Shown piece after piece: positions 53,543-63,160 of a stretch of DNA of 64,000 nt (position 1 is its first letter; the number at the start of each line of letters is the position of its first letter). The notes under the pieces are model-generated. The model ran no database searches. It had not been told where the DNA came from and saw only the letters and a list, made by a program, of their open reading frames with translations. The translations under genes and the position numbers were made by a program. Origin of the DNA: Bacillota bacterium (GTDB lineage Bacteria; Bacillota; Clostridia; Saccharofermentanales; Saccharofermentanaceae); the NCBI GenBank assembly GCA_023397475.1, contig JAEWUD010000047.1, positions 3,543 through 67,542 of the forward strand, given 5' to 3'.

Positions 53543-55048
53543 ATGCAGGATACCGTTGACGAGAACCAGTTGAACGAGGAATCTTCCGAGCTTGAACAGG
53601 CTGAGCAGATGCGCATTCGCATCGCAAAGCTGAAGGAGTTACAGGCATGTGGGCAGGACCCTTTTGAGGTCGTGCGTTTCGATGTCGATACATACTCCGC
53701 TGATATCATCGAATCCTTTGAGGCGATGGAGGGGCGTGAGGTACGAATCGCCGGACGGCTTATGTCCAAGCGCGGCATGGGCAAAGTAAGTTTCTGTGAC
53801 CTGCACGACAAGAAGGGTCGCATACAGCTTTTCACGAAGATCGACGCGATCGGTCCCGAAGCCTATGCCACATGGCAGAAGCTGGATATCGGCGATATCG
53901 TCGGTATCCGCGGCGAAGTTTTTCGCACGATGAAGGGCGAGATTTCCGTTCGAACAGAAGAGTACACGCTTTTAACGAAGTCGTTGCGACCTCTGCCCAA
54001 TAAGTTCCATGGCTTGAAGAACACCGAGCTTCGTTACCGTCAAAGGTATGTCGATCTCATCGTGAATCCGGAAGTCAGAGATACCTTCGCGAAGAGATCC
54101 GCGATCCTCTCCGAAATCCGACGTTTCATGGACTCTTTGGATTATATGGAGGTTGAGACTCCGATACTAAACGCGATTCCCGGCGGCGCGACCGCCAGAC
54201 CCTTTGTCACCCACCACAACACGCTGGATATCGATATGTTTCTTCGTATCGCTCCGGAACTGTACCTGAAGCGTCTGATCGTCGGCGGATTTGAGCGCGT
54301 CTACGAGATGGGTCGACTGTTCCGCAACGAGGGTATGTCGATCAAGCACAATCCCGAGTTCACAACCATTGAGATGTACCAAGCATACACGGATCTGCGG
54401 GGCATGATGGATCTTTGCGAGAATTTGCTCTCCGGTGTAGCGCAGAAGGTTCTCGGAACGACCGAGATCAGTTATCAGGGCACCCCAATTTCGCTTACGC
54501 CGCCTTTTGCGCGCATGACGATGATCGAGGCTGTCAAGATGTATGCCGAAGTCGATTTCGCAACAATCAGTACCGATGAGGATGCCAGAAGAGTTGCTGA
54601 GGAGAAGGGGATCGAACCGGAAGCTTCGTTCCGTCGCGGTGAGATTCTCAATCTGTTTTTCGAGATATTTTGTGAGGAACAGCTGATTCAGCCGACCTTT
54701 ATCTGTGAATACCCGATTGAGATATCTCCCCTTACCAAGAAGAAGCCGGGCGATCCGTCGCTGACCGAGCGTTTTGAACTCTTTATCGGAGGCCGGGAAT
54801 ATGCGAACGCGTATTCCGAGCTGAATGACCCGATCGACCAGCGTGAGCGCTTCGCCGATCAGATCCGCAAGAGAGAAGCCGGCGATGACGAAGCGAATCT
54901 TCTGGATGAGGATTTCTGCGTATCGCTCGAATACGGCATGCCGCCGACCGGAGGCATGGGAATCGGTATCGACCGATTCGTCATGCTGTTGACGGATCGG
55001 GCATCGATTCGCGATGTGCTTTTGTTCCCGACAATGAAGCCGCTCTGA
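53543..55048 (+). CDS. lysS: Lysine--tRNA ligase, class II
   Basis: OB-fold N-domain and class II motifs (FRNEG, ...GGMGIGIDRFVMLLT). 501 aa. Confidence 0.94.
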   Translation: MQDTVDENQLNEESSELEQAEQMRIRIAKLKELQACGQDPFEVVRFDVDTYSADIIESFEAMEGREVRIAGRLMSKRGMGKVSFCDLHDKKGRIQLFTKIDAIGPEAYATWQKLDIGDIVGIRGEVFRTMKGEISVRTEEYTLLTKSLRPLPNKFHGLKNTELRYRQRYVDLIVNPEVRDTFAKRSAILSEIRRFMDSLDYMEVETPILNAIPGGATARPFVTHHNTLDIDMFLRIAPELYLKRLIVGGFERVYEMGRLFRNEGMSIKHNPEFTTIEMYQAYTDLRGMMDLCENLLSGVAQKVLGTTEISYQGTPISLTPPFARMTMIEAVKMYAEVDFATISTDEDARRVAEEKGIEPEASFRRGEILNLFFEIFCEEQLIQPTFICEYPIEISPLTKKKPGDPSLTERFELFIGGREYANAYSELNDPIDQRERFADQIRKREAGDDEANLLDEDFCVSLEYGMPPTGGMGIGIDRFVMLLTDRASIRDVLLFPTMKPL

Positions 55049-55071
55049 TGCGAGCGAAGAGGCAGATAATA

Positions 55072-56193
55072 ATGGAAGACAAGACGATTACGACAGATAA
55101 CGTAGTGACGGATACTGATCTTGGGACGGCGGATTCCACCGCAGCTTCCGCTGAATTGACCAAACCTGCGGGCGACACAAGCTTTGGCTCACGCGATGAG
55201 GCTTTGGCTGCCCTTGGTCTTCGCCCTGATGCGGATACAGCCGCACTAGATCAGCGCTTCTACCAGCTGACCAAGCGCTACCGTATCGAGAAGGACGAGG
55301 AGAACCTTTTGCGCATCACCGCCGCGTATGACGTTGCGTCCGGTCGTGCGGCAGAGAAGGAAGCAGAGATTCACGAGAAGACCGTCGCAAAAAGAACTCT
55401 CGGCAAGACGAAACGTGAATGGAAGACTTTCTTCTACTATTCCTGGTGGAAGTTTGCTCTCGTCGCCGCGGTACTCTTTGTGTTCGTCTATATCGGCGGA
55501 CAGCTCATCAGCGGGAACTCCTTTGATATTCGTGTTGTCTGTCTCGGACATTTCAAACTCGACAGCCAGTATATTACGGACTTCTCTATGGAGGAACTTT
55601 CCTATACGAATCCATATGTCGTCGGCTCGGATATCGACTTCGCCGATCCTACGGCGCGTGGTGCTAATGCGATGAATGAATCGCTCGCGGCATTCGCATA
55701 TCTTTCGGCAACACCGGATATCATCCTTTTAGATGAGCCGACGGTGCCGTATTTTCTCGACTACCTCCAGAATCTAGACGCATACTATGAGAAGCTTCGA
55801 CTCGGACTGCCGGCTGAAGTTTTCGAGACAATCGAGCCCGTCTCCTACTCGTTGCTGGAGAGTTACAAGCTTCGCGAAGTTAACCCTGAGGAATATGAGG
55901 GAGAAGAAGGAATCGAGGATGCTCATATCTATGGACTGAAGTTCAAGAATCCGGAACTATTTCAAGCGGTAGGATTCATGACAAATTGGGAGTCCGGCGA
56001 TAAGCCGGTGGTCATCGCGATTTCCAACACGACGGAGAACATTGTCGGCGCCGAACTATTTGTTACGGACTTCATCCAGAGTCAGGATGTCTTAGTCGAG
56101 AGATACGAGGCGGTTAACGGTGCGATTGCCATTATCACCGGTCGCGTGAAGGATGTGGAGGAAACAGATGCCTCCGTTTCCGGCGCCGCGTAA
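55072..56193 (+). CDS. Hypothetical single-TM protein with a short J-domain-like N-terminal segment
   Basis: ALAALGLRPDADTAALDQRFYQLTKRYRIEKDEE followed by TM FFYYSWWKFALVAAVLFVFVYIGG. The start could also be 55048. Confidence 0.6.
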   Translation: MEDKTITTDNVVTDTDLGTADSTAASAELTKPAGDTSFGSRDEALAALGLRPDADTAALDQRFYQLTKRYRIEKDEENLLRITAAYDVASGRAAEKEAEIHEKTVAKRTLGKTKREWKTFFYYSWWKFALVAAVLFVFVYIGGQLISGNSFDIRVVCLGHFKLDSQYITDFSMEELSYTNPYVVGSDIDFADPTARGANAMNESLAAFAYLSATPDIILLDEPTVPYFLDYLQNLDAYYEKLRLGLPAEVFETIEPVSYSLLESYKLREVNPEEYEGEEGIEDAHIYGLKFKNPELFQAVGFMTNWESGDKPVVIAISNTTENIVGAELFVTDFIQSQDVLVERYEAVNGAIAIITGRVKDVEETDASVSGAA

Positions 56194-56235
56194 CCGCTGG
56201 GAACCTGCCGTGTTTTGTTGGGATGCGGGATGAAT

Positions 56236-56976
56236 TTACTTCTGATTCTCCATACCGGCAACCTGATACAGACGACGAATTTCGACCTCATCAAGCTGGC
56301 GCCACTCGCCGGGCTTCTGATCTTCACGAAGCAATATTCCGCCGACACTCTCGCGATGAAGGGCAATAACCGGCCGACGGACTGCGGCGAACATTCGCTT
56401 CACCTGGTGAGTCTTGCCTTCTGTAAGTGTCAGGAGACAGGTGATCGAATCAAGAATTTCAACGGACGCCGGGGCGAGGAGCTCCGGCGTTGTTTCTTTG
56501 TCGCATAGGGACATTCCGGATCGGAAGAGCTGTATTTCCTCGGCGCCGATCGGATCGCCTTCGTAGGTTACCCGATATACTTTGTCGGCATGCCATTTCG
56601 GACTCGTCAAACGATGGGAGAGTGTCCCGTCGTTTGTAAGGAGCAAAAGACCGGTCGTGTGGAAGTCCAGTCGACCGACCGGACTTACGCCCTGGAAGAG
56701 AAATTCCTGCGGGAGAAGATCCGCTACGGTGGGAAGCCTCTTATCCTCGAGGGCCGTCAGATAACCGTCGGGTTTGTAGAGCGCGATATACAGATATCTG
56801 GATAGGCGAACCGGCGCGCGATCCAGCGACACCACATCCCCTTTGCCGGTATCGACGTTCACTGAGGGGTCTTTGGCGGCCTGTCCATTCACCTCGATAC
56901 GGCCAGATCGTATCAGATCGCGGACCTCGGATCGGGTTCCATATCCGGAATTGCTTAACAATCGATCAAGTCTCAT
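56236..56976 (-). CDS. rsuA: Pseudouridine synthase, RsuA/RluB family (S4 domain plus catalytic GRLD)
   Basis: MRLDRLLSNSGYGTRSEVRDLI S4 domain and the catalytic VGRLDFHTTGLLLLTNDG motif. Confidence 0.85.
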   Translation of the reverse strand: MRLDRLLSNSGYGTRSEVRDLIRSGRIEVNGQAAKDPSVNVDTGKGDVVSLDRAPVRLSRYLYIALYKPDGYLTALEDKRLPTVADLLPQEFLFQGVSPVGRLDFHTTGLLLLTNDGTLSHRLTSPKWHADKVYRVTYEGDPIGAEEIQLFRSGMSLCDKETTPELLAPASVEILDSITCLLTLTEGKTHQVKRMFAAVRRPVIALHRESVGGILLREDQKPGEWRQLDEVEIRRLYQVAGMENQK

Positions 56977-57209
56977 AGGGGCATTATAGCAAACATCCGT
57001 TGATTTCGATCTCGTATTCTATCTGTTGCGATTCGATTTATGTTATAATACGGGTGTACGTGATGATGGCAGAGTTATGCATTTAGCAGATACTTTTCGT
57101 TGCGAAGCTTTTTGGGGATATCACAGAGAATAAGGATTGCGACATGATTTGACGGGCTTTTCGGACTGTCGAGCCGAAGGTTTTGTGTGTTGTTTTTCGA
57201 GAGGTAGGT

Positions 57210-57554
57210 ATGGCAGCAAGTATTATCAACATTGAAGAAGGCATGCCGCGCGTCGATGGGGCAATGAAGAAGCTCAAGCTTGAGCTTAACACGATGCGTC
57301 GTATCGGAATCAATCAGGTGAAGGTCATTCACGGCTACGGATCGTCGGGTTGCGGCGGCTCGCTGAAGTCCGCGACACACGAGTGCCTGCGCATTATGAA
57401 GCATGAGGGTCGTATTAAGGATTTCTGTCCTGGCGAGCAGTTCGGACCATTTGAGAAATCAGGAAGAAGTCTTATCGAGATTTGTCCGGCCTTTCGGTCA
57501 GACCCGGATTGGGCTAGGTCGAATGACGGAGTGACGATCGTCGTTCTTAAGTAA
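57210..57554 (+). CDS. Smr/MutS2-C domain protein
   Basis: VKVIHGYGSSGCGG pattern of Smr domains. 114 aa. Confidence 0.7.
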   Translation: MAASIINIEEGMPRVDGAMKKLKLELNTMRRIGINQVKVIHGYGSSGCGGSLKSATHECLRIMKHEGRIKDFCPGEQFGPFEKSGRSLIEICPAFRSDPDWARSNDGVTIVVLK

Positions 57555-57577
57555 GATTTTTATCATAGTATTGATTA

Positions 57578-57611
57578 GCTCTCCGCATACTGGCGGGGGG
57601 CTTTTTGTTTT
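57578..57611 (+). terminator. Intrinsic terminator after the Smr gene
   Basis: AGCTCTCCGC-atactg-GCGGGGGGCT (two G-U pairs) followed by TTTTGTTTT. Confidence 0.65.
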
Positions 57612-57620
57612 CCCTGGTGG

Positions 57621-57668
57621 TTTACATAGATTTAACTTCGATCTAATCATTCTTTACTGTCTGATAAT
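57621..57668 (+). promoter_or_regulatory. Pho-box-like direct repeats plus a -10 element; candidate PhoP-dependent pstS promoter
   Basis: TTTACA-N5-TTAACT-N5-CTAATC-N5-TTACTG at about 11-bp phasing, then TGATAAT at 57662-57668. Confidence 0.45.
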
Positions 57669-57726
57669 CCTGGGCTAAAGGCGCATGCGTATGATGAGAC
57701 CATAAGCGATTTAGGAGGAAGAAAGA

Positions 57727-58650
57727 ATGATGAAAAGAACAAAGATGATTCTTACCGCACTACTGGCGGGAGTGATCATGATCGGAACTGCTGCTTGCGG
57801 CGAAGTACAGGTTGAAACGGTAGCCACGACCACGAAGGCAACGACAGCTACAGAAGCTACAGAAACATCTGATACCGCGGCTGCGACGCCGGCGGAGGAC
57901 ACGAAGGTTGTTCTGTCCGGAGCTCTGACACTTACCGGATCAACGTCCATGTCGGATGTAGGTACGGCTCTCGCAGAAGCCTTCATGATTGCCAATCCTG
58001 ATGTAACTGTGTCGGTCGGCGGTAATGGTTCGGGTGAAGGCCCGACGGCTGTCAATGACGGAACCGCGCAGATCGGAATGCTTTCCAGAGAACTCAAGGA
58101 TAAGGAAACTCCGGATGCATTTGATCAGTACATTATTGGTTTTGACGGCATAGCAGTTATCGTAAATCCCGCTTGTGGTGTCGAGGATATCACGCCGGAG
58201 CAGATTGCCGACATTTACACAGGAAAGATTACCAACTGGAGTGAACTTGGCGGGGAAGACCAGCCGATTCAGTGTATCGGTCGTGAGGCCGCATCCGGAA
58301 CGCGAGGCGCGTTCGAGGAACTCATCGGTATCGAGGACATTGCGATCTATGCCGAGGAGCAGAACTCTACGGGAAATGTTAAGCAGTCGGTCGCAGGGAA
58401 CCCCAACGCAATTGGATATGTATCTCTTTCCGCTGTGGATGATACCGTAAAGGCGTTAAAACTCAACGGTGTCGACGCCTCTGAGGAGACCGTGAAGACC
58501 GGAGATTATGTTCTGCAGCGTCCTTTCCTGATGATTGCGAAGAGCGGAACAACGGATGAACTGACGAACGCCTTCCTTGACTTCGTATACTCTGCGGAAG
58601 GCCAGACGATCATCGCGGACGACGGCATTGTACCGAATCCGAATAAGTAA
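57727..58650 (+). CDS. pstS: Phosphate ABC transporter substrate-binding lipoprotein PstS
   Basis: Lipobox IGTAAC, and GSTSM...GGNGSGEG...GMLSREL motifs of the PstS family. Confidence 0.9.
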   Translation: MMKRTKMILTALLAGVIMIGTAACGEVQVETVATTTKATTATEATETSDTAAATPAEDTKVVLSGALTLTGSTSMSDVGTALAEAFMIANPDVTVSVGGNGSGEGPTAVNDGTAQIGMLSRELKDKETPDAFDQYIIGFDGIAVIVNPACGVEDITPEQIADIYTGKITNWSELGGEDQPIQCIGREAASGTRGAFEELIGIEDIAIYAEEQNSTGNVKQSVAGNPNAIGYVSLSAVDDTVKALKLNGVDASEETVKTGDYVLQRPFLMIAKSGTTDELTNAFLDFVYSAEGQTIIADDGIVPNPNK

Positions 58651-58667
58651 GTAACGAGGTAACGATC

Positions 58668-60023
58668 TTGGAGAGTCAAACGATACGTTTACGCCGAGAT
58701 ACGAAGAAAGCCGTGCGCACAGGTGTGCGTGCGGCCGGATTCGTTTTCGGGATTCTGGGAATTCTTGCCTTTTTCCTGCCGTATGTCATAGTCCGTCTGG
58801 ACAACTTCATCATTCGCTTTACCGGTCTTTCGATCTTCCTTAATAATATACGACTGGCAAACGGCATTCTGCTTGAAATTCCCCTTCTGTTACGGATATC
58901 TTTTATTGCGGTTTTACTTAGCGTCCTGGCCGGTGTAATTCTTCTTGTTCGCAAGAAGGATGTTCTTGCCGCGGGCTTCTATTTCCTTGCAATTCTCTTT
59001 ACGGCACTTCAGACGATTTTCCTCTCGGAACTGAAACAGTCCGTTATTCGTGCCGGAGCCGCGACATGTGAAACGGAATCCGAAGTCGGATATCTTCTCA
59101 TGCTGTTACTCTTTCTTCTGGCGGCAATAGCAACACTGTTGCTCAGCGGAAAAGAGAAGGCCGCGGAAACCATTTTCAAGCTTGCAGCGACCATCTCCAT
59201 CGGAATTGTTGCGATTATCACGATTTATATGTTCATCTACGGTTCGCCGGCGATTGTCGAGATCGGATTGTTCCGGTTTATCTTTGGCACGACGTGGCTG
59301 CCGACAGCAGCCGAACCGCAGTTCGGAATCTTCTATATGATTCTGGCATCGATCTTCGCCTGTATCGGTGCCATTCTCATCGGCGTGCCCATTGCTCTTC
59401 TGACGGCGGTTTTTCTTTCGGAGATTGCGCCGAAATGGGTCGTATCGATTGTACGTCCCGCCGTCGAACTCCTTGCCGGTATTCCTTCGGTTATTTACGG
59501 CTTCTGGGGCATGAAGGTCCTGGTGCCGCTTCTTCGTGACATCTCAACGAAGATGGGAATTAACTCGACGGGCTCCGGTCTTCTCGCCGTAATTTTGATC
59601 CTTGCCGTGATGATCCTTCCTACCATCATCCGGGTTGCGGAGACCTCATTGCTCAGCGTGCCGTCCTCCTATACCGAAGCATCCCTCGCTCTGGGAAATA
59701 CGAAGATCTCGACGATCTTCCAGGTTCAGATCCCCGCCGCTCGATCCGGTATTCTTGCCGGTGTCATTTTGGGTGTGGGACGCGCGATCGGAGAGACGAT
59801 GGCGGTCATTATGGTCGCCGGAAATATTGTACGCTTCCCGGAACTGTTCAACTCGATCCGGCCGCTTACCGCCGGAATCGCATTTGAGATGGGATATGCC
59901 GAAGCAGGCCTCCATCGCCAGTCGCTTTTCGCGATCGGACTCGTGCTGTTCATCTTTATCATGCTGGTGAACATCTCCTTTACTTTCATATCCAAACAGG
60001 GGGTCAAAGCCGATGCAAAATAA
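58668..60023 (+). CDS. pstC: Phosphate ABC transporter permease PstC with an N-terminal multi-TM extension of about 150 aa
   Basis: The C-terminal ~300 aa are PstC-like (IPSVIYGFWG, EAS.ALG). The N-terminal 150 aa form extra hydrophobic helices. TTG start. Confidence 0.85.
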   Translation: MESQTIRLRRDTKKAVRTGVRAAGFVFGILGILAFFLPYVIVRLDNFIIRFTGLSIFLNNIRLANGILLEIPLLLRISFIAVLLSVLAGVILLVRKKDVLAAGFYFLAILFTALQTIFLSELKQSVIRAGAATCETESEVGYLLMLLLFLLAAIATLLLSGKEKAAETIFKLAATISIGIVAIITIYMFIYGSPAIVEIGLFRFIFGTTWLPTAAEPQFGIFYMILASIFACIGAILIGVPIALLTAVFLSEIAPKWVVSIVRPAVELLAGIPSVIYGFWGMKVLVPLLRDISTKMGINSTGSGLLAVILILAVMILPTIIRVAETSLLSVPSSYTEASLALGNTKISTIFQVQIPAARSGILAGVILGVGRAIGETMAVIMVAGNIVRFPELFNSIRPLTAGIAFEMGYAEAGLHRQSLFAIGLVLFIFIMLVNISFTFISKQGVKADAK

Positions 60024-60885
60024 GAGACATGTCAAAAAGGCAGATGTTATACTCGGTTCGCTGATCTGGATCAGCGCCGGTATTACGGTTGCGGTTCTTA
60101 TCCTGATTCTCGGGTATATCCTGATTAACGGCCTCCCGAATATGACGCTTCATTTCCTGACAAGCACCTATTCCGCTTCCAAGAACGGCGACAAGGGAAT
60201 CCTTCCCATGATCATCAACACACTGTACATCGTTCTTCTGAGTCTTATACTGGCGACGCCGATCGGTGTGTTCAGCGCGATCTATCTGACACAATATGCG
60301 CGACAGGGTCGACTGGTAAAGGCGATTCGATTTGCCACGGAGGTTCTCACCGGCATACCGTCGGTTATCTTCGGTTTGTTCGGATACGCTTTGTTTGTTG
60401 TGCTCTTTGGATTCAAACTCTCCGTTCTCTCGGGAAGTCTTACCATGATGATCTGTATTCTTCCTACGATTGTCCGAACGACAGAGGAAGCGCTCTTGTC
60501 AGTTCCGGCGGCCTATCGGGAAGGCGGTCTTGCTTTGGGTGCGGGTAAGCTTCGCGTCACGATGGGAATCGTTCTGCCTTGCGCAATGCCCGGCGTCCTT
60601 ACCGGTATCATTCTTGCAATGGGGCGTATTGTCGGAGAGACGGCGGCGCTTTTATTTACCGTTGGCGTCTCGGGCAACGCGATGCCCAAAGGAGATAATG
60701 TCTTCGATGCGCTTTTCGGGCACATTTTCGAACAAGGAAATACTTTGGCACTGCATCTGTATAATTCGGCGATGAACGGTAAGGATCCTGTATCGGTTCC
60801 GTTTGCTACCGCTGCCGCCCTTATGATTCTTGTTTTCGGCTTGAATCGACTTGCGGGTGTCGCTGCCAAACGACTTAGAAAGTAA
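60013..60885 (+). CDS. pstA: Phosphate ABC transporter permease PstA
   Basis: EAA-loop region [20 protein letters not shown]. 290 aa. Overlaps pstC by 11 nt. Confidence 0.9.
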   Translation: MQNKRHVKKADVILGSLIWISAGITVAVLILILGYILINGLPNMTLHFLTSTYSASKNGDKGILPMIINTLYIVLLSLILATPIGVFSAIYLTQYARQGRLVKAIRFATEVLTGIPSVIFGLFGYALFVVLFGFKLSVLSGSLTMMICILPTIVRTTEEALLSVPAAYREGGLALGAGKLRVTMGIVLPCAMPGVLTGIILAMGRIVGETAALLFTVGVSGNAMPKGDNVFDALFGHIFEQGNTLALHLYNSAMNGKDPVSVPFATAAALMILVFGLNRLAGVAAKRLRK

Positions 60886-60895
60886 AGGTGAGAAT

Positions 60896-61654
60896 ATGAC
60901 ACACGAGAAAATAACAATTGAGAATCTTAACCTCTTCTACGGAGATTTTCAGGCACTCAAAGACGTGAATCTGACGATTGCCGAGAATGAGATCACTGCA
61001 TTTATCGGTCCCTCCGGATGCGGGAAATCAACTTGTATCAAGACACTCAACCGGATGAATGATCTGATACCCGATTGCCGGGTGGAAGGGCTGATTCGCA
61101 TCGAGGGCGAGGACATCTACTCAAAGGAATGCGACGTGACTCTGTTGCGCAAACGTGCCGGCATGGTGTTCCAAAAGCCGAATCCGTTTCCGATGTCCAT
61201 TTATGATAACATTGCATATGGGCCTCGTGTTCATGGCATGAAGAAGAAGGCAGACCTCGACGAGATCGTCGAGAAAGCCTTGCGCAACGCCGCCCTGTGG
61301 GATGAGGTGAAGGACCGGCTCAAGGGTTCTGCGCTCGGGATCTCCGGCGGTCAGCAACAGCGTCTTTGTATCGCGAGAGCTTTGGCCGTCGAACCGGATA
61401 TTCTCCTTATGGACGAGCCGACCTCGGCGTTGGATCCGATCTCAACACTCAAGATCGAAGATCTGATGTTTGAACTCAAGAAAAAATACACCGTCATTAT
61501 CGTCACGCACAACATGCAACAGGCGGTTCGAATTTCGGATAAAACAGCATTCTTCCTTCTCGGTGAGGTTGTGGAATTCGGATCAACAATTGATATCTTC
61601 AATGAACCGAAGAATAAGAAGACAGAAGACTATGTCACCGGCCGCTTCGGTTGA
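60896..61654 (+). CDS. pstB: Phosphate ABC transporter ATP-binding protein PstB
   Basis: [22 protein letters not shown] and [12 protein letters not shown] motifs, with the C-terminal YVTGRFG typical of PstB. Confidence 0.94.
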   Translation: MTHEKITIENLNLFYGDFQALKDVNLTIAENEITAFIGPSGCGKSTCIKTLNRMNDLIPDCRVEGLIRIEGEDIYSKECDVTLLRKRAGMVFQKPNPFPMSIYDNIAYGPRVHGMKKKADLDEIVEKALRNAALWDEVKDRLKGSALGISGGQQQRLCIARALAVEPDILLMDEPTSALDPISTLKIEDLMFELKKKYTVIIVTHNMQQAVRISDKTAFFLLGEVVEFGSTIDIFNEPKNKKTEDYVTGRFG

Positions 61655-61680
61655 TTGACAAAAAGAAAGGAAGGTATCCT

Positions 61681-62346
61681 ATGATGGTACGAGGAGAATT
61701 TGAGAAGGAGCTTACCGAGCTTCACGAGATGATCGTGCGAATGGGCACCATGACCCAGAACGCAATCAGTGACGCTGTTACAGCATTAGTAGAGATGGAT
61801 CCTGACAAAGCGAGGATCGTCATCGAGAACGACGATGTGATTGATGATATGGAGCGTCAGATCGACAAGGCTTGCGTCGAACTTATCGCTCGCCAGCAAC
61901 CGGTCGCTCGCGATTTGCGTGACGCAATCTCTACCTTGAAGTTAATTACGGATCTTGAACGTATCGCGGATCACGCCGCGGATATCTCGGAGAAGGTTCT
62001 GATTCTGCACGGGTTTGACACAAATATCATTATCCCCGCCGATCTCATCCGTATGAGCGATCTGTCTCAGCTGATGATTCGATCTGCTTTGGAATCCTAT
62101 GTGACAAAGAATGAAGAGACAGCAGCGGCTGTTGTTCATATGGACGATAAAGTCGACGCATTATATGATAAAGTAAAGTCGTACCTGGTCCAGCGGATGC
62201 GTCAGGATCCCGAGAACATCGAGAACCTTACGGAGCTTCTTTTGGTTTGCAAGTATTTTGAACGCATCTCCGACCACGCGCAGAACGTTGCGGAGTGGGT
62301 GTTATTCTACGTCAGAGGCAGGAGGCCCGATGGCAATGGCTGTTAA
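61681..62346 (+). CDS. phoU: Phosphate signalling complex protein PhoU
   Basis: Two PhoU repeats with the E(R)xxD motifs LERIADHAADI and FERISDHAQNV. Confidence 0.92.
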   Translation: MMVRGEFEKELTELHEMIVRMGTMTQNAISDAVTALVEMDPDKARIVIENDDVIDDMERQIDKACVELIARQQPVARDLRDAISTLKLITDLERIADHAADISEKVLILHGFDTNIIIPADLIRMSDLSQLMIRSALESYVTKNEETAAAVVHMDDKVDALYDKVKSYLVQRMRQDPENIENLTELLLVCKYFERISDHAQNVAEWVLFYVRGRRPDGNGC

Positions 62347-63148
62347 ACAGCAGATTATTCTGGTTGAGGATGACGCGGCAATCGCAGAATTAATCAAATA
62401 CAATCTCACCAATGAGGGCTTTGATGTCGGGAGTTACCGCTCCGGGGCCCAGATGTTCGAGGAACTCAGAGACAGTGAGGGCATATGTCTTTTCATTCTG
62501 GATATTATGTTGCCGGGCATGGATGGATTTGAAATTTGCCGGAGAATTCGAGAGATTGAGAGATTCCTTCCCGTCCCTGTCATTATGCTTACAGCCCGGG
62601 CATCCGAGAGCGACAAGGTTAAGGGTCTGGAGGCGGGTGCCGACGATTATGTGACGAAGCCTTTCGGTATTCGTGAATTTCTCGCTCGTGTGCATGCGCA
62701 AATTCGCCGGTACGAGACCTCGATGCGCCTCAAATCGACGGGTGAAGGTTCCGTGGATCGACCGGAAAAGACAGCGGATACTGTCAAGCCCGCGTCTGTC
62801 GATGCGGGGACTCCTTCGTCGCGCAACACGGCATTGACGCATGCGGGGGTTATTCGTTGTGCGGATATTGTTCTTGATGATGTCAAGCATCGTGTGTACG
62901 CATCCGACGATGAGATCGAGATGACGAACCGGGAATATGAACTGTTGAAGTTCCTGATGTTGAATCGGGGGATCGCATTCTCGCGGGACGAATTATTGAA
63001 TCATGTATGGGGATACGAGTATTCCGGTGAGACTCGAACCGTCGATGTGCACATTCGTCAGCTTCGCAGGAAGATCGAGAAGGATGACGCGAATCCAGAA
63101 TACATTGAGACCGTAAGAGGCCGAGGATATCGGTTCTGCGAGAATTAA
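62330..63148 (+). CDS. phoP: OmpR/PhoB-family response regulator (PhoP) with an unusually long inter-domain linker
   Basis: Receiver (ILVEDD...LDIMLPGMDG...TKPF) and winged-helix (REYELLKFLM...VDVHIRQLRRKIE...VRGRGYRF). ATG behind AGGAGG, overlapping the phoU end. Confidence 0.9.
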   Translation: MAMAVKQQIILVEDDAAIAELIKYNLTNEGFDVGSYRSGAQMFEELRDSEGICLFILDIMLPGMDGFEICRRIREIERFLPVPVIMLTARASESDKVKGLEAGADDYVTKPFGIREFLARVHAQIRRYETSMRLKSTGEGSVDRPEKTADTVKPASVDAGTPSSRNTALTHAGVIRCADIVLDDVKHRVYASDDEIEMTNREYELLKFLMLNRGIAFSRDELLNHVWGYEYSGETRTVDVHIRQLRRKIEKDDANPEYIETVRGRGYRFCEN

Positions 63149-63160
63149 CCGGGGAGCCTT

